This document shows, piece by piece, positions 1 through 9,953 of a stretch of 64,000 bases of DNA (the first letter of the stretch is position 1; each line of letters begins with the position of its first letter). Position numbers and translations under genes: made by a program. The stretch lies in contig OZ241917.1 in the NCBI GenBank assembly GCA_965203805.1, positions 5,344,001 to 5,408,000 on the forward strand, written 5' to 3'. Under the pieces are notes generated by a model. It ran no database searches and had not been told where the DNA came from. It saw only the letters and a list, made by a program, of their open reading frames with translations. Origin of the DNA: Candidatus Latescibacterota bacterium. Lineage in GTDB: Bacteria; Latescibacterota; UBA2968; GCA-2709665.

Positions 1-7
1 GGATCTG

Positions 8-973
8 TTGCGGGACCGTCGCGACCGCGCTGTACGTGAGTTCGAATGCGATGCGTACGCGGACTACAGGGATGTGCTGGCGCGAGATGACATTGACCTG
101 GTAATCAACGCGTTGCCCAGCCATATGCATACGCAGGCCACAGAGGAAGCGTTCGACGCGGGACATCATGTCGTGTGTGAAAAACCCGTGGCATCGAGCA
201 CTGAGGACTTCCGGCGCATGGTGACGGCGTCCGAGCGGTCGGACAGGGTCTTCGCGCCGTTCCAGCAGTCGAGATACGCGCCGCATTTTCAACAGATACA
301 GCGGGTGATAGAATCCGGCGTCATGGGCCGCATCGTGCAGATCCGCATTGCATTCAACGGGTTCGCCCGCCGATGGGACTGGCAGACGCTGCAGGAGTTC
401 AAAGGCGGCAACCTGCTGAATACCGGACCCCATCCCATGGACCAGGCCCTCTGTCTCCTGGATTGGAAGAAGCCGCAGGTGCACTGCATCATGGACCGGG
501 CGAATACGTACGGAGACGCTGAAGACCACGTCAAGGTGCTGCTGCGCTGCGAGGGATCTCCCACGATCGATCTGGAGATTTCTTCGTGTGACCCGTATTC
601 CGACGACATGTATCGTGTCTACGGCACACGGGGCGGGCTGGCGGGCGGCGCCAACGGGATCAGGTGGCGGTATTTCGACCCCGCGGATGCCCCCGCGCAA
701 AGGCTGCTGCGGTCCCCGCTGCCGGGGCCGAGCTATTGCCGCGAGGAATTGCCGTGGACGGAAGCGTCGTGGGCGCCCGATGAGGAGGAAAAGCAAGCGT
801 TTACGTATATGTCCAGGGCGTTTTACGACCACCTGTACGAAGTGCTGCGCGACGGCGCGCCGTTGTTTATTACACCGGAGCAGGTCGCCGTGCAGGTGGC
901 GGTGATGGAAGAATGCCACCGCCAGAATCCCCTGTCCAGGCTGGCGCCGGAGGGCTGGGAAAAGGGGAATTAG
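8..973 (+). CDS. Gfo/Idh/MocA family oxidoreductase (probably 5'-truncated by window edge)
   Basis: HVVCEKP motif, GGNLLNTGPHPMD; the N-terminal Rossmann GxG is missing, so the gene likely starts upstream of the window. Confidence 0.85.
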   Translation: MRDRRDRAVREFECDAYADYRDVLARDDIDLVINALPSHMHTQATEEAFDAGHHVVCEKPVASSTEDFRRMVTASERSDRVFAPFQQSRYAPHFQQIQRVIESGVMGRIVQIRIAFNGFARRWDWQTLQEFKGGNLLNTGPHPMDQALCLLDWKKPQVHCIMDRANTYGDAEDHVKVLLRCEGSPTIDLEISSCDPYSDDMYRVYGTRGGLAGGANGIRWRYFDPADAPAQRLLRSPLPGPSYCREELPWTEASWAPDEEEKQAFTYMSRAFYDHLYEVLRDGAPLFITPEQVAVQVAVMEECHRQNPLSRLAPEGWEKGN

Positions 974-1001
974 CCGTTGGTTGCAGAAAGGAGCCGCCGC
1001 A

Positions 1002-2099
1002 ATGAAAACGTATCGGACGGTCCTGGTCGGCTGCGGGGGAATGGGCCGCCAGCACCTGGATATCATCCAGGGGCTGCCCGAGTTCGAAATTGCCGGGATC
1101 TGCGACGTCTTTGCCGAAACCCTCAGAGAGACGGGAGACACGCACGGCGTGCAGGCGCGGTTCCTGGATTTCGAGCGGATGTATGATGAGACGCGGCCCG
1201 ACCTGGTGGTGGTGGCCACCCAGACGAGGGGGCATCACGCGCCGGCGGTGGCGGCGCTGAAGCGCGGTTTATCCGTACTCTGCGAAAAGCCGATCGCCAT
1301 CGACCCCGCCGAAGCGGACGAGATGGTCGCGGCGGCCGCGGCGTCGGGCGCGCGGCTGGCCGTCAACCAGCAGAGCCACGTGAGTTCCGCGATCCTGAAG
1401 GCGCGGGAAATGGTCCGTGACGGGGCCATCGGAGAGGTCGTTCTGGTGCGCGGCCGGAACAAGTCCGGGCGCAGGAGCGGGAACGAGTTTACGGAAATGG
1501 GCACCCACGTGGCCGATATGATGATGCGCTTCGGCGGCCGGCCCGCGTGGTGCGCCGGAAACGTCTATTTTCAGGGACGCCTGGCGGACGTCAACGACAT
1601 CATGGAAGCAAAGGAGATGTCGCCGAAGGACCGGGATTCCGGGCTGGTGATGGGCGATTGCGCGGTGGCTCAGTACGGATTCGAGGGGGGTGTTCTGGGG
1701 GAAATCCATTTCCTGGAGTTCGCGTCGGCCAACAGCGCAAACTACGGCGTGGACGTCATCGGAACCGACGGGCAATTGGCGGTCCGTGCTTCCGGCAGCG
1801 TTGGACAGGCGCTCTGGTGTCTGCCCAGGCCGATGGAAGGTCTGCCGGGAGGCCAGGGGGACTGGAAGCCCGTTGAAACGGTAGGATCGGAGGCCCGGGA
1901 TGCCATTGCCAGGATGTACCGCCGCATGGCCGCGGCGATCGAGGAAGGGACGGAGCCGCCGTCGAGCGGCGAATCGGCCCGGACGGCTTTCGAGATGATT
2001 CTGGGCATCTACCAGTCCCACAGGGAAGGCGGGCGCCGGATTTCACTCCCGCTTTCGGACCGCCGGCATCCGCTGGAAGCGTGGCGGGCCGAACACTGA
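1002..2099 (+). CDS. Gfo/Idh/MocA family oxidoreductase
   Basis: VGCGGMG Rossmann motif, VLCEKP, EMGTH; AAAGGAG RBS before ATG 1002. Confidence 0.85.
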   Translation: MKTYRTVLVGCGGMGRQHLDIIQGLPEFEIAGICDVFAETLRETGDTHGVQARFLDFERMYDETRPDLVVVATQTRGHHAPAVAALKRGLSVLCEKPIAIDPAEADEMVAAAAASGARLAVNQQSHVSSAILKAREMVRDGAIGEVVLVRGRNKSGRRSGNEFTEMGTHVADMMMRFGGRPAWCAGNVYFQGRLADVNDIMEAKEMSPKDRDSGLVMGDCAVAQYGFEGGVLGEIHFLEFASANSANYGVDVIGTDGQLAVRASGSVGQALWCLPRPMEGLPGGQGDWKPVETVGSEARDAIARMYRRMAAAIEEGTEPPSSGESARTAFEMILGIYQSHREGGRRISLPLSDRRHPLEAWRAEH

Positions 2100-2118
2100 G
2101 GAGCGGGTCGCGAAGAAC

Positions 2119-3192
2119 ATGCCAACTGTTGACAAAATCAAGGAGGCGCGAAACGCCCTGGATGCCCACGTTCGGGAGACGGTAGCCTGGCACTTCAATC
2201 CCGAAACCGGCTGCCCGTTCTGGCTGGAATTCGCGGACGGGCTGGATTTCGATCCATGCAGGGAGATCGGCGGTTTCGCGGATCTGAAGATCCTGGGCCA
2301 TTTTCAGGACGACTGGCTTCGCGGGGGCCCGGTGCGCCGCTGGATTCCCCGGGGAACCGCCGGCAAGCGGACGTATGTCTTCGAAACGGGAGGGTCCACG
2401 GGCGTCCCGAAATACCGGATCAGCCAGGATGACTTTCAGATCGACTACGAGACGTTCAGCAGGCACCTTTCAAACGAGACGTTTCCACGCGGCGCCGACT
2501 GGCTGATGCTGGGTCCGACGGGTCCGAGGCGGCTGCGTCTGGCGGTTGAATACCTCTGCCAGATCCGCGGAGGGGTCTGTTTTCTGGTGGACCTGGATCC
2601 CAGATGGGTGAACAAGCTGATTGCGCGCGGCGCCCTCCAGGAACTGGATCTCTACAAGGCGCACGTGATCGACCAGGCGCTGACCATTCTGCGGGCGAAC
2701 GACAACGTGAGGTGCATGTTTACAACCCCGAAGCTCCTCGAAGCGATCTGTGAGAAGATCTCGCTTGAAAAGGCCGGGATTACCGGGATATTCTGCGGGG
2801 GAACCGAGATGGACGCGCAGTTCAACCGGTTCGCCAGGGAGGAGCTCGTTCCCGGCATCGATTTCGTGCCGACGTACGGAAATACGCTGATGGGGTTGGC
2901 GTATTCCAAGCCGCTGGAGCCTTCGGACAACTATGCCATTACCTATTATCCGCCGGTCCCCCGGGCGGTGATCGAACTGGTGGACCCCGATTGTCCGGAC
3001 CTGCTGGTGGATTACAACACCGTTGGCCGCGTGATGTTGACCACGCTGACCCGCGAGTTCTTCATGCCGCGGTTTCTGGAACGGGACGAGGGAGAACGGG
3101 CCGAACCGAGCGGGGCGTTTCCGTGGGACGGGGTGAGGAATCTGGGATTGTTATCCGAAATGCAGGAGTCGGTCGTCGTTGGCGTATACTGA
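2119..3192 (+). CDS. EhpF-like short adenylate-forming (ANL-type) acid-activating enzyme
   Basis: WHFNPETGCPFW N-terminus, ETGGSTGVPK P-loop, PTYGNTLMG, GRVMLTTLTREFFMPRFLERD; resembles phenazine-tailoring EhpF (recalled similarity). Confidence 0.65.
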   Translation: MPTVDKIKEARNALDAHVRETVAWHFNPETGCPFWLEFADGLDFDPCREIGGFADLKILGHFQDDWLRGGPVRRWIPRGTAGKRTYVFETGGSTGVPKYRISQDDFQIDYETFSRHLSNETFPRGADWLMLGPTGPRRLRLAVEYLCQIRGGVCFLVDLDPRWVNKLIARGALQELDLYKAHVIDQALTILRANDNVRCMFTTPKLLEAICEKISLEKAGITGIFCGGTEMDAQFNRFAREELVPGIDFVPTYGNTLMGLAYSKPLEPSDNYAITYYPPVPRAVIELVDPDCPDLLVDYNTVGRVMLTTLTREFFMPRFLERDEGERAEPSGAFPWDGVRNLGLLSEMQESVVVGVY

Positions 3193-3252
3193 CCCGTTAC
3201 CGACTTCTCCAGGCTGAAGGCAAAGGTTGAATTGACGCCCCAGGAGGATGGT

Positions 3253-4677
3253 GTGACCCATATCCCGGTTTTGCGGGCGGGAGAGCCATACGCAAGTCTG
3301 GACGTCCGGGACGTCCCGCACATTCAGACCGGAGAGCCCCTCGTCCGCGTGAGCCACGCGAATCCGGGTCTGATCGCGAGGGATCTGAACGCCGCCAAGG
3401 CGAATAAACGCGCCCTGGAGGCGTTCAGCGTCTCCGAACTTGCAGCCGTGACGCGCAGGGCCGGCCGGCTGTTCGCCGAGGGGGACCTGCCGCTGGATCG
3501 TCAGTCGCAATCGCCGGGGGACTACGTCCGCCAGGTATCGGGCACCACAGGGATTCCCGAGACCCTCTGCCGGGAGAACATGGAAAAGATCCGGCTGGCC
3601 TGTACCCAGATCGACGAGGTGCTCGCCGGTCTCACGCGCCATCTGGATCTGTCGGTGCTGGACCGGGGGTGGGGTCCGCAAAACGGCCGCCCGCTGAGCT
3701 ACGTCTGCCAGACCGACGCGCTAGGCGCCGTGTTGCCGAGCAATTCGCCCGGCGTGCACTCGCTCTGGGTTCCGTCGCCGTCGCTGAAGGCGCCCCTGGT
3801 GCTGAAGCCCGGCCGCGAGGACCCGTGGACGCCCTTTCGGATTGCACAGGCGTTTATTGCCGCGGGATGCCCGCGCGAGGCGTTCGGGATCTATCCGACC
3901 GGGCACGCCGGCGCCAACGAAATCCTCTTGAGGTGCGGGCGCTCCCTTTTTTTCGGGGGCGGCGCAACCGTCGCGCCGTGGCTGCACGATCCGCGGGTTT
4001 CGATTCACGGTCCGGGCCGCAGCAAGGTGATTCTGGGTGAAGACCTGGTCCACCGCTGGGAGGATTTTCTGGATGTGATCCTGGTTTCGATCGCGGCCAA
4101 CGGCGGACGTTCCTGCATCAACGCGTCGGGTGTGTGGACGCCCGCGCACGGCCGCGAGATTGCCCATGCGATTGCGCACCGGCTCGCGCGAATCGAGCCC
4201 AGGCGGCTGGATGACCCGGAAGCGCGGATTGCCGCATTTTCCAATCCTGCTGCTGCCGCCCGGATTTCAAATGGTATCGACGTCCACCTGAAAAGCGGTG
4301 GCGCGGAGGACCTGACCGCGGGCCTGCGCGGCGGCCGGCTTGCCGAACGGGACGGCCTGACGTTTCTGAATCCGACGCTGGTCTGGTGCGAATCTCCGGA
4401 ACACCCCCTGGCGAATACGGAATACCTTTTCCCGTACTCGAGCGTGGTCGAAGCGCCCCGGGCGGGATTGGCGGACCGGATCGGGCCCAGCCTGGTGGTC
4501 ACGGTGTTGACGGAGGATGAGGATTTCGTGAGTGAGTTGCTGAATTCACCGCACGTGGACCGACTGAACGCGGGTCCCATACCCACGAACCGGATTTCGT
4601 GGGACCAGCCTCACGAAGGCAATCTGTTCGAGCATCTCTACCGCCAGCGCGCCTTTCAGTTCGCAAGCAGAGCATAG
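3253..4677 (+). CDS. Aldehyde-dehydrogenase-fold acyl reductase (EhpG/LuxC-like)
   Basis: LPSNSPG, LVLKPG, catalytic Cys in NGGRSCINAS, HGPGRSK in place of ELGG; GGAGG RBS before GTG 3253. Confidence 0.7.
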   Translation: MTHIPVLRAGEPYASLDVRDVPHIQTGEPLVRVSHANPGLIARDLNAAKANKRALEAFSVSELAAVTRRAGRLFAEGDLPLDRQSQSPGDYVRQVSGTTGIPETLCRENMEKIRLACTQIDEVLAGLTRHLDLSVLDRGWGPQNGRPLSYVCQTDALGAVLPSNSPGVHSLWVPSPSLKAPLVLKPGREDPWTPFRIAQAFIAAGCPREAFGIYPTGHAGANEILLRCGRSLFFGGGATVAPWLHDPRVSIHGPGRSKVILGEDLVHRWEDFLDVILVSIAANGGRSCINASGVWTPAHGREIAHAIAHRLARIEPRRLDDPEARIAAFSNPAAAARISNGIDVHLKSGGAEDLTAGLRGGRLAERDGLTFLNPTLVWCESPEHPLANTEYLFPYSSVVEAPRAGLADRIGPSLVVTVLTEDEDFVSELLNSPHVDRLNAGPIPTNRISWDQPHEGNLFEHLYRQRAFQFASRA

Positions 4678-4687
4678 CAATCCTCGA

Positions 4688-5803
4688 ATGGAACCCTTCG
4701 ACCTCCATCCCGCCCCGCGTGTGATATTCGGGGAAGGCGCGCTGGCGCAGCTCCCGGACCTGGCGGACGGACTGGGTGGACGACGAATTCTGCTCGTGAC
4801 CGATCCGGGCATCGTCAGCGCGGGCATCGCGGACAGGGCGCTGGGATTGCTGTGCGGATCGGCACGCGATGTCTTCATGTTCGACGACGTGGCGGAGAAC
4901 CCCACGACGGACCACGTGGAAGCCGGTGTGGCAGCCGCCTCGGCGCACGGCGGGATCGATCTGATCGTGGGGCTGGGCGGCGGGAGCGCGATGGACTGCG
5001 CCAAGGGCGTCAATTTCATTCTCACGAACGGCGGCCGCATGGAGGACTACCGCGGGATGGGCCGGGCAAAGCGGCCCATGTTGCCGTCGATCGGCATTCC
5101 CACCACCGCGGGCACGGGAAGCGAGGCCCAGTCCTATGCGCTCATCGCCGCGCGGGACACCCATGAGAAGATGGCCTGCGGCGACCTCAAGGCGCGGTTT
5201 CGCGGCGTCATTCTGGATCCTGCGCTCACGGCAAGCGTCCCAGGGCCTGTGGCGGCCGCGACGGGAATCGACGCCGTGGCGCACGCCGTGGAGAGTTACG
5301 TCTGCACAAAGCGGAACGCGGTGTCCCGCATGTACGCGCGCGAGGCGTGGCGGCTTCTCTCGTCGGGCTTCGGAGGGTCTCTCGAACCGGCGGCGGATCC
5401 GGACGCCAGGGCCGCTATGCTTCTGGGCGCGCATTTCGCGGGAGCGGCGATCGAGAACGCGATGCTCGGCGCCGCCCACGCGTGCGCAAACCCGCTGACG
5501 GCCCGGTACGGCATCACCCACGGCGTTGCGGTTGGCGTGATGCTTCCGCCGGTGATCCGGTTCAACCGGGAAACACACGGGGCGCGCTACGAAGGGTTCG
5601 GGATGACGGCCGGCGCGCTTTCCGATCGGATCGATCGGTTCGCACGCGCGGCGGAATTGCCGGCGCGTCTTCGTGAACTGCGCGTCGAACGGGAGCGGCT
5701 CCCCGAATTGGCGGCAGACGCGGCGCGCCAATGGACGGGAACGTTCAACCCGCGGCCGGTCCGGGAAACCGATTTTCTGGCGCTATATGAAGAGACGTAT
5801 TGA
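4688..5803 (+). CDS. Iron-containing alcohol dehydrogenase
   Basis: GLGGGSAMDCAK, IPTTAGTGSE, DAVAHAVES, HACA...HG metal ligands. Confidence 0.92.
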   Translation: MEPFDLHPAPRVIFGEGALAQLPDLADGLGGRRILLVTDPGIVSAGIADRALGLLCGSARDVFMFDDVAENPTTDHVEAGVAAASAHGGIDLIVGLGGGSAMDCAKGVNFILTNGGRMEDYRGMGRAKRPMLPSIGIPTTAGTGSEAQSYALIAARDTHEKMACGDLKARFRGVILDPALTASVPGPVAAATGIDAVAHAVESYVCTKRNAVSRMYAREAWRLLSSGFGGSLEPAADPDARAAMLLGAHFAGAAIENAMLGAAHACANPLTARYGITHGVAVGVMLPPVIRFNRETHGARYEGFGMTAGALSDRIDRFARAAELPARLRELRVERERLPELAADAARQWTGTFNPRPVRETDFLALYEETY

Positions 5804-6944
5804 ATTTCATGCGCGGCGAAAAGTGGGTCGCGGATGGAACATTTTCCTCATATTGTGCATCTTGTACATACCGGTTCCCGTCCGTGTGGCCGCCGAGACG
5901 TCCTGGCCGCGGTTCCGGGGCGACGCGCAATCCACGGGGCTCGCCCGGGAATCGCTGCCGGAGAGCCTCGTCGTCGCGTGGACGGCCCGCGTACCCGAGG
6001 GCATCGAGTCCACGGCGGCGATCCGGAAGGGTTCGGTTTTCGTCGGCGGGCTGGACGGCAATCTCTATGCGTTCGATTTCGACACCGGCGCGTTGAAATG
6101 GAAGTACCCGGCCGGGGGGGAAGTCAAGGCTTCCCCGCTGGTGGCGGCAAATGCGGTTTTCTTCGGAGACGGAGACGGCGGTTTTCACGCCGTGGATGCG
6201 TCATCGGGCAAGGGATTGTGGACCTATCGGACCGGGGGAGAGATCATCTCTTCCGCCACGGCGTACGAAGGCCGGGTGATCTTCGGGTCCTACGATCAGT
6301 TCCTGTACTGTCTCAATGCGGAGGACGGGTCGCTGGTCTGGAAGCTGGAGACCGAGGGATACGTTCACGGAACCCCGGCCATCTGGGGCGAACGCGCGCT
6401 TGTCGCCGGTTGCGACGGTTTGCTGCGGATGGTCAACGCGGCTGGCGGAGATGAAGTATCGAGGGTGGAACTGTTCGACTACGTGGCGGCAAGCGTTGCC
6501 GTGCGCAATGGTCGGGCCTATGCCGGTACTTTCGGCAACCAGGTCCTGGGTATGGATCTGCGGGCGGCGAAGGTCCTGTGGCGGTACGAACACCCAAGCC
6601 GGAAGTTTCCCTTTTACGCGTCACCGGCGGTTGCGCAAGGCCGCGTGATTGTCGCCGGGCGCGACAGGATGGTGCGCGCGCTTCGTCCGGACAACGGCGA
6701 CCTTTTGTGGATTCGCGCGTTCCGTTCCCGGGTCGACTCCTCACCGGTTGTCGCGGGTAGACGGGTGTTTGTGGGCACGACCGGCGGGAGGATCGTGGCG
6801 CTGGACCTGGACTCGGGCGAACCGGGGTGGGAATTCGTGACCGGTTCGGGCGTCCTGGCGTCGCCGAGCGTGGCCGGCGGGAGGCTTGTGATCGGCACCA
6901 CAGACGGAACGCTATACTGTTTTGGCGGCGAGGTAAGCGAATGA
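5787..6944 (+). CDS. PQQ-binding-like beta-propeller repeat protein, secreted
   Basis: Signal-like hydrophobic segment, WPRFRG, repeated S(S/T)P..V.G.V..G..DG.LYA.D..G...W units. Confidence 0.85.
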   Translation: MKRRIEFHARRKVGRGWNIFLILCILYIPVPVRVAAETSWPRFRGDAQSTGLARESLPESLVVAWTARVPEGIESTAAIRKGSVFVGGLDGNLYAFDFDTGALKWKYPAGGEVKASPLVAANAVFFGDGDGGFHAVDASSGKGLWTYRTGGEIISSATAYEGRVIFGSYDQFLYCLNAEDGSLVWKLETEGYVHGTPAIWGERALVAGCDGLLRMVNAAGGDEVSRVELFDYVAASVAVRNGRAYAGTFGNQVLGMDLRAAKVLWRYEHPSRKFPFYASPAVAQGRVIVAGRDRMVRALRPDNGDLLWIRAFRSRVDSSPVVAGRRVFVGTTGGRIVALDLDSGEPGWEFVTGSGVLASPSVAGGRLVIGTTDGTLYCFGGEVSE

Positions 6945-8287
6945 CCTCTCAGGTTCACATTCCGGAACCCGCGACCTCCAGGAAAGAATGGAAGGAAACC
7001 GCGGTCGGCAGCGTTTTCGTGTCCAACTATCCGCCGTATTCGTTCTGGCGGGACGAGCACAACGCGCAGGTCGAAGCGATGTTGCGGGATTCGGACCCTT
7101 CGGCCAGGGATGTGCCGCTCGGACTGTATCTGCATATCCCGTTTTGCAGGAAGCGATGCAAGTTCTGCTATTTTCGCGTGTATACGGACCGCAACAGTTC
7201 CGAAATTCAACTCTATCTGGATGCGCTGGCCCGAGAGGTGGAAAATTACGCCACGCTGCCGAGAATCGCCGGACGCAGCCTGCAATTCGTCTACTTCGGC
7301 GGGGGAACGCCCTCGTACATCAGCGTGAAGCACCTGAACGCGCTGGTGGACCGGCTGAAGGCCGTATTGCCGTGGGACGACGCCGAAGAGGTGGCGTTCG
7401 AGTGCGAGCCGGGCACGCTTTCGCAGCCGAAGGTAGAGGCCATTCGCGGGATCGGCGTGACTCGCCTGAGTCTGGGTCTGGAGAACCTGAACGACGGGAT
7501 ACTCAAGGAGAACGGCCGGGCGCACGTCGGCAAAGAGATCTACCGGTCCATGGACTGGGTGAAGGCGCAGGCGTTCGAACAGGTCAACGTGGACCTGATT
7601 TCGGGAATGGTGGGCGAGACCTGGCAGACCTGGAAGGAGACGGTGCAGGGTACGATCGACCTGGACCCCGACAGCGTGACGATCTATCAGATGGAGCTGC
7701 CGTTCAATACGACGTATTCCCGCTCGCTTTTGGAAGGAAACGGATTGACGGTTGCCGACTGGGACACGAAGCGCGCCTGGCATGCCCATGCGATCGACGC
7801 GTTCGGCGAGGCCGGATACGAGATCTCGAGTGCCTATACGATGGTCAAGAAAGGTCGACCGAAGCGGTTTGCCTATCGGGACGCGCTCTGGCGCAGCGCG
7901 GACCTGATCGGCGCGGGCGTCGCGTCGTTTTCGCACGTGGGCGGGATACACTTTCAGAATCACACGCAGTGGGACCCCTATGTCGACGCATGTATGCAGG
8001 GGCGCCTGCCGCTGAACCGGTCCTTTCTGCCCACCGACGAGGAGCGCCTGGTACGCGAGATGATCCTGCAACTCAAGCTCGGACGGATCGAGACCGGCTA
8101 TTTCAGGGAGAAATTCGGTGTGGAAATCCTGGAACGGTTTGGCGAGGCCTACCGGAAGCTGAGAGATTACGGTATGCTGGAATTCGATTCGCAGAGTATT
8201 ACTCTGAGCCGTGATGGACTATTGCGCGTCGATCAGTTGTTGCCTGAGTTCTATCACGAAAAGTATCGCAATTCGCGTTATACTTGA
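6941..8287 (+). CDS. HemN-like (coproporphyrinogen oxidase family / class C) radical SAM protein
   Basis: LYLHIPFCRKRCKFCYF (CxxxCxxC), YFGGGTPS, HemN_C-like tail; ATGA overlap with upstream gene. Confidence 0.85.
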   Translation: MTSQVHIPEPATSRKEWKETAVGSVFVSNYPPYSFWRDEHNAQVEAMLRDSDPSARDVPLGLYLHIPFCRKRCKFCYFRVYTDRNSSEIQLYLDALAREVENYATLPRIAGRSLQFVYFGGGTPSYISVKHLNALVDRLKAVLPWDDAEEVAFECEPGTLSQPKVEAIRGIGVTRLSLGLENLNDGILKENGRAHVGKEIYRSMDWVKAQAFEQVNVDLISGMVGETWQTWKETVQGTIDLDPDSVTIYQMELPFNTTYSRSLLEGNGLTVADWDTKRAWHAHAIDAFGEAGYEISSAYTMVKKGRPKRFAYRDALWRSADLIGAGVASFSHVGGIHFQNHTQWDPYVDACMQGRLPLNRSFLPTDEERLVREMILQLKLGRIETGYFREKFGVEILERFGEAYRKLRDYGMLEFDSQSITLSRDGLLRVDQLLPEFYHEKYRNSRYT

Positions 8288-8396
8288 AGAGTACTGGGTA
8301 TCACCACTTCGCTTTCCATCCGCGTTCATCCTCGCTACACCACGATTTAGATACGTCCGTACTCCGGTTTCACCAGCTCAAGTCAGGAGACTCGCC

Positions 8397-8666
8397 ATGA
8401 CTGTGAACAAGCCAATCCGGGAAGATAGAATCGTTACTGATCCGCTGATATTGGCCGGGAAACCAACCATAAGAGGTACTCGGATTTCGGTGGAGTTGAT
8501 TATGGAATTGCTGGACGGGGGAAGGTGCGAAGCCGACATCATTCGTATGTATTCGCACATTACCCCGGAGGATATCCGAGCCTGTCGGGAGTATGCCGCT
8601 ACCGGCGCGAAGTTGTCCAACGTGACCTGGACGGATATTGACGCCATTATGGATGGCAAACGGTAG
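8397..8666 (+). CDS. DUF433 domain protein (putative antitoxin)
   Basis: RIVTDPLILAGKPTIRGTRISVELIMELL...ITPEDIRAC; lower-GC insert. Confidence 0.85.
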   Translation: MTVNKPIREDRIVTDPLILAGKPTIRGTRISVELIMELLDGGRCEADIIRMYSHITPEDIRACREYAATGAKLSNVTWTDIDAIMDGKR

Positions 8667-8715
8667 ATGAGAATATTGGCTGACGAGAATATATCAGAGG
8701 AGGCGGAGTCAATCT
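8667..8715 (+). pseudogene. Stub of DUF5615 PIN-like toxin
   Basis: MRILADENIS starts right after the DUF433 stop; similarity is lost after about 10 codons. Confidence 0.6.
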
Positions 8716-9924
8716 ATGAAATACATCCTTTCATTCGCCTTTGTGCTGTGCTTTTCTTCCGCATACGCGGATTGGCCCCAGTGGTTGGGTCCCGACCGAA
8801 CGGGTATTTCCACCGAGACCGGATTCCTGAAGACCTGGCCGAAGGGCGGTCCGGCGGTTGTGTGGAAGAAAAACCTCGGCGAGGGGTTTTCGGGTATTTC
8901 GGTGGCGAACGGCCGCGTCTTCACCATGTTCGCCGAGGGCGACGATGAGTTCGTCATTTGTCTGAAAGAGGAATCGGGCGACGAAATCTGGCGGTTCAGG
9001 ACCGGTGCGAAGTTCGAAGAATGGCAGGGCGGCAACGGACCCCGATCGCAGCCGACGGTCGACGGTGACCGGGTCTACGTCCTGGGCGCGGAGGGCTGGT
9101 TGTACGCGCTGGACGTGGTGAACGGCAAGATGATCTGGTCCGTGGACCTTGTCGACGGGCTGGGCGGGCGGTTTCCCCGGTTCGGCTTTTCGAATTCGGC
9201 TCTGGTGGAAGGCGACCTGTTATTCCTGGAGGCGGCCACCCGCAAGGGCACGTTTCTGGCCTTGCGCAGGACGGACGGCGAAGTCGCCTGGGCGTCCCAG
9301 AACGACGTGGCTTCCTATTCTTCTCCCATTGCGGTGGATCTCGCCGGCGCGCGTCAGGTCGTCTATTTTTCAGGTGACGCCGCGGTCGGCCTTTCGCCGG
9401 TGGACGGGTCCCTGTACTGGCGGTACCCGTGGAAGACGTCGTACGATTTGAACATCGCCACGCCCATTTTCGTGCCGCCGGATCAGATCTTCATTTCCTC
9501 GGGCTACGACCATGGCGCGGCCCTGCTGCGAATCGAGGCAGGCGCCGGCGGGATGGCCGTGACCAGGGTCTGGGAGAGCCGGCGGATGAAGAACCACTTC
9601 GGCACGTCCGTGCTGGTCGGGGATTATATCTACGGATTCGACAACGCCATCCTGAAGTGTATCGAAGCCCGGACGGGAAAGGAGCAGTGGAAACACCGCG
9701 GGTACGGCAAGGGGGCGTTGGTTTACGCGGACGGGCATCTCATCCTGTTGAGCGACAACGGAAGGCTGGCGCTGGCGCGGGCCACGCCCGAAGGATTCAA
9801 GGAAAGGGCCGGCGCGCAGGTGCTTTCCGGACGAAGCTGGACAGCGCCGACCCTGGCCAATGGACGCGTGTTCGTCAGGGACATGCGCAAGATCGTCTGC
9901 CTGGATCTCAGGCAGGGTGGATAG
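8716..9924 (+). CDS. PQQ-binding-like beta-propeller repeat protein, secreted
   Basis: Signal peptide ending AYA-DWPQWLGPDRTG, YSSPI, WTAPTLANGRVFVRD. Confidence 0.88.
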   Translation: MKYILSFAFVLCFSSAYADWPQWLGPDRTGISTETGFLKTWPKGGPAVVWKKNLGEGFSGISVANGRVFTMFAEGDDEFVICLKEESGDEIWRFRTGAKFEEWQGGNGPRSQPTVDGDRVYVLGAEGWLYALDVVNGKMIWSVDLVDGLGGRFPRFGFSNSALVEGDLLFLEAATRKGTFLALRRTDGEVAWASQNDVASYSSPIAVDLAGARQVVYFSGDAAVGLSPVDGSLYWRYPWKTSYDLNIATPIFVPPDQIFISSGYDHGAALLRIEAGAGGMAVTRVWESRRMKNHFGTSVLVGDYIYGFDNAILKCIEARTGKEQWKHRGYGKGALVYADGHLILLSDNGRLALARATPEGFKERAGAQVLSGRSWTAPTLANGRVFVRDMRKIVCLDLRQGG

Positions 9925-9953
9925 TCCGTTGAAATCATACATAAACCGAGATT

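Noticed and set aside
2119-4677. Phenazine or lux (bioluminescence) cluster
   Set aside because: No phzA-G or luxAB in the window; only the acid-reduction module is similar
6941-8287. Calling it hemN (heme synthesis)
   Set aside because: No tetrapyrrole genes nearby and the family is functionally diverse, so it is left as HemN-like
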